DNA of 20,000 nt from the sequence record DRR378314_2032, one strand, 5' to 3'. The position numbers and the translations under genes were made by a program. Of this stretch, positions 17,287 through 20,000 are shown piece by piece; the stretch's first letter is position 1, and each line of letters starts with the position of its first letter. The notes under the pieces were generated by a model. That model searched no databases and was not told the DNA's origin. It saw nothing but the letters and a program-made list of their open reading frames with translations.

Positions 17287-17386
17287 TGTTCAGATTGCGC
17301 TTAGGTTATTCAAGTCGAGGATTACTAACGGACTTGAATTTCAAGTTACTAAATTAACTTTTACTTTTCGTTTAGAATAATTATTT

Positions 17387-17399
17387 GAAATCGATTTTC
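17387..17399. promoter_or_regulatory. Weaker LacI-type operator upstream of the lacI gene (possible autoregulation)
   Basis: Palindrome AAATCGATTT at 17388-17397 with the same AATCGATT core, about 100 nt upstream of the lacI start. Confidence 0.45.
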
Positions 17400-17496
17400 G
17401 AAATCTGTCTAATTCAAGAATATTTTAAAAAAGTGTAATAAAAACACTAATCTTCCTTTAAAACGCAGGTTTCACAAAAAGAAATTTAAAAATTAA

Positions 17497-17527
17497 TTTA
17501 CGCAATCGATTCCGTTAACTATATTTG
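17497..17527 (+). promoter_or_regulatory. Putative xylBA promoter (Bacteroidota -33/-7) with operator in the spacer
   Basis: TATATTTG (17520-17527) matches TAnnTTTG. TTTA (17497-17500) sits 19 nt upstream as an imperfect -33. The near-palindrome ACGCAATCGATTCCGT (17500-17515) fills the spacer. Confidence 0.65.
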
Positions 17528-17563
17528 AAAAAAGATATGAAAAAAATATGTAATTTTTGATCT

Positions 17564-19048
17564 ATGTATTGGATAGGTTTCGATATTGGTAGTTCCTCAA
17601 TCAAAGTGGCGTTGATAAAAGCTAGCAATGGTGCTGTAAAAGACATCATTCAAGAACCAAAAAAAGAAATGCCGATTGACTCTGCCCATATAGGCTGGGG
17701 AGAACAAAACCCAGAACTTTGGTGGAAATATGCCTGCTTGGCGACTCAACAGCTCATTTCAAAAAATTCAATTGATAAAAACAGCATCAAGGGTATTGGA
17801 ATTTCCTACCAAATGCATGGTTTGGTAGTGGTCGATGAATCTTTAGAGGTGCTCAGGCCTTCCATTATTTGGTGCGATAGTCGTGCTGTGGACCTTGGAG
17901 AACAATTGTTTCAAAGCTCAGGAGAACAAAAGTGTGTGAGTCACTTATTGAACTCTCCAGGAAATTTTACACTTTCCAAGCTAAAATGGGTAAAGGACAA
18001 CGAACCTGAGCTTTATAACAAGATATACAGGTTTATGTTGCCCGGTGATTTTCTCGCCATGAAACTCACAGGTTCTTGTGTAACCACGCCGTCCGGTCTT
18101 TCCGAAGGAATTATGTGGGACTTTAAAGAAAACAAAGTAGCCAACTGGTTGTTGGAAGATGCGGGAATCGACCCATCGTTGGTTCCAGAAATCCGTCCTT
18201 CATTTTCCGAACAAGGTCGCGTTAGCAAAAAGGGGGGCGAAGAATCTGGCCTGCCCGAGGGAATTCCCGTGATGTATCGGGCCGGGGACCAGCCCAACAA
18301 TGCTCTGGCCCTGAATGTTATGGAACCTGGTCAAATTGCTGCAACAGGCGGTACTTCTGGGGTGGTTTATGCCATTTCAGGCCAGAAAAACACACAGGAA
18401 CATACGCGCATCAACAGTTTTGCCCATGTGAACCATACCAACGACGACACAAGAATCGGTAAACTGCTATGTATCAATGGAACCGGAATCCAATACAATT
18501 GGGTTCGCTCCGAAATTAGCAGTGGACTAAGCTATAACACTATGAACCAACAGGCTGAATCTGTACCGATAGGTTCCGATGGGCTGCATATTTTGCCCTT
18601 TGGCAATGGTGCCGAACGTATGCTGAACAATATTAACAAGGGCTCACGCATCTTGAACGTGAATTTTAACGTACACAAGGCCCCACATATATACAGGGCT
18701 GCCTTGGAGGGAATTGCCTTCTCTTTTGTATATGGTATGGAAATCCTAAAAAATGACGGGGTTGATATTTCATCCATAAAAGCTGGAAATGACAATCTCT
18801 TTAGAGCAGGCATTTTCTCCAAGACCATTGCCACCTTATCTAATAGTAAAATTGATATTGTTGAAACCACGGGGGCCGTAGGTGCAGCCAGAGCAGCGGC
18901 GTGCGCTTTTGGCGATTTTGCCAGTATAGGAGAGGCGACTGCCTCTGATAAAATTGAGCAGACCTACACCCCTGATACTTCTACGGAAGCATACCAAGAA
19001 GCTTACCAAGCATGGAAAAATAATCTAAACGAATATATAGAAAACTGA
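17564..19048 (+). CDS. xylB: Xylulokinase (FGGY family)
   Basis: [71 protein letters not shown]; directly upstream of xylA. Confidence 0.95.
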   Translation: MYWIGFDIGSSSIKVALIKASNGAVKDIIQEPKKEMPIDSAHIGWGEQNPELWWKYACLATQQLISKNSIDKNSIKGIGISYQMHGLVVVDESLEVLRPSIIWCDSRAVDLGEQLFQSSGEQKCVSHLLNSPGNFTLSKLKWVKDNEPELYNKIYRFMLPGDFLAMKLTGSCVTTPSGLSEGIMWDFKENKVANWLLEDAGIDPSLVPEIRPSFSEQGRVSKKGGEESGLPEGIPVMYRAGDQPNNALALNVMEPGQIAATGGTSGVVYAISGQKNTQEHTRINSFAHVNHTNDDTRIGKLLCINGTGIQYNWVRSEISSGLSYNTMNQQAESVPIGSDGLHILPFGNGAERMLNNINKGSRILNVNFNVHKAPHIYRAALEGIAFSFVYGMEILKNDGVDISSIKAGNDNLFRAGIFSKTIATLSNSKIDIVETTGAVGAARAAACAFGDFASIGEATASDKIEQTYTPDTSTEAYQEAYQAWKNNLNEYIEN

Positions 19049-19058
19049 ATTTAATATT

Positions 19059-20000
19059 ATGATTACAACAGGAGACAAGGAATATTTCAAGGGCATAGGC
19101 AAAATTTCCTTCGAAGGAAAGGAATCGGACAATCCGTTTGCCTTTAAATATTATGATGAAAATAAGGTAGTGGCCGGAAAAACGATGAAAGAACATTTCA
19201 AATTTGCCATTGCCTATTGGCATACTTTCAATGATGCGGGCAGCGATCCTTTTGGGGCGCCTACCAAAAACTTTCCGTGGTTTGCCAACACGGACCCTGT
19301 TCAACAAGCCAAGGACAAAATGGACGCCGCTTTCGAATTTATCACAAAAATCGGAGCACCTTACTTCTGCTTTCATGACGTTGACCTCATTGATGAAGCA
19401 GCCACGCTGGCCGAAACGGAAAAAAGATTGGACATCATTACGGATTATGCCAAGGAAAAAATGGATGCCTCTGGGGTGAAACTCTTGTGGGGAACGGCAA
19501 ATTGCTTTAGCAACCCCAAATATATGAACGGAGCTGCCACAAATCCAGATTTTGATGTATTGGCAGCCGCAGGAGCGCAGGTGAAAAATGCCCTTGACGC
19601 CACTATGAAACTGAATGGTGAAAATTATGTTTTCTGGGGAGGGCGTGAAGGATACATGTCCCTGCTCAATACCGATATGGGACGTGAACTTGACCATATG
19701 GCAAGTTTCCTTCATATGGCAAAGGATTATGCCAGGGCACAAGGTTTTAAGGGAACGTTCTTTATAGAGCCAAAACCTATGGAGCCGACAAAGCATCAAT
19801 ACGATTTTGATTCTGCCACAGTACTAGGCTTTTTGAACAAATATGGTCTTCAGGATGACTTTAAACTGAATATCGAGGTAAACCATGCCACTTTGGCACA
19901 GCATACTTTTGAGCACGAACTGCAGGTTGCAACGGATAACAATTTACTGGGCAGTATAGATGCCAACCGAGGGGACTACCAAAATGGATGGGATACCGAT
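19059..20000 (+). CDS. xylA: Xylose isomerase (class II), 3' end beyond the window
   Basis: Hand translation from ATG 19059: [33 protein letters not shown]…FAIAYWHTF…FCFHDVD…LLWGTA…VFWGGREGY…[16 protein letters not shown]…[10 protein letters not shown]…[15 protein letters not shown]. The frame is open to base 20000. Confidence 0.97.
   Translation, partial: MITTGDKEYFKGIGKISFEGKESDNPFAFKYYDENKVVAGKTMKEHFKFAIAYWHTFNDAGSDPFGAPTKNFPWFANTDPVQQAKDKMDAAFEFITKIGAPYFCFHDVDLIDEAATLAETEKRLDIITDYAKEKMDASGVKLLWGTANCFSNPKYMNGAATNPDFDVLAAAGAQVKNALDATMKLNGENYVFWGGREGYMSLLNTDMGRELDHMASFLHMAKDYARAQGFKGTFFIEPKPMEPTKHQYDFDSATVLGFLNKYGLQDDFKLNIEVNHATLAQHTFEHELQVATDNNLLGSIDANRGDYQNGWDTD

Noticed and set aside
318..18870. 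Many 60-220 aa alternative-frame or antisense ORFs (e.g. 1768-2310, 7328-7867, 9170-9829, 16417-17046)
   Set aside because: They lie wholly or mostly over well-supported genes and show no recognisable motifs.
18981..19799. 272-aa minus-strand ORF
   Set aside because: Antisense shadow of xylA, which is unambiguous on the + strand.

Overview
This is a Bacteroidota window, by sequence style probably Flavobacteriaceae, covering the enzyme, catabolic and regulatory part of a glucuronoxylan utilisation locus. In order: a + strand pair (GH115 alpha-glucuronidase, 5'-truncated by the window edge, and an SGNH/SASA acetylesterase); a - strand operon (GH67 alpha-glucuronidase, SDR reductase, uxuA, GH10 xylanase lipoprotein, terminator, truncated CE4 deacetylase fragment); a divergent + strand operon (orphan 126-aa ORF, uxaC, eda, TRAP dctPQM); a - strand LacI regulator; and xylB-xylA. 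xylA runs off the window end and is absent from the ORF track. A shared LacI-type operator (ACGCAATCGATT core) occurs in both divergent promoter regions. The most unusual points are the orphan ORF, which by eye keeps colinear traces of the KDG kinase otherwise missing from the pathway; the abruptly broken CE4 gene at a convergent junction; and a lipoprotein TRAP system embedded among uronate genes, a candidate (4-O-methyl)glucuronate uptake and catabolism module. No RNA genes, mobile elements or CRISPR arrays were seen. All family calls are from motif recognition by eye; no database search was run.
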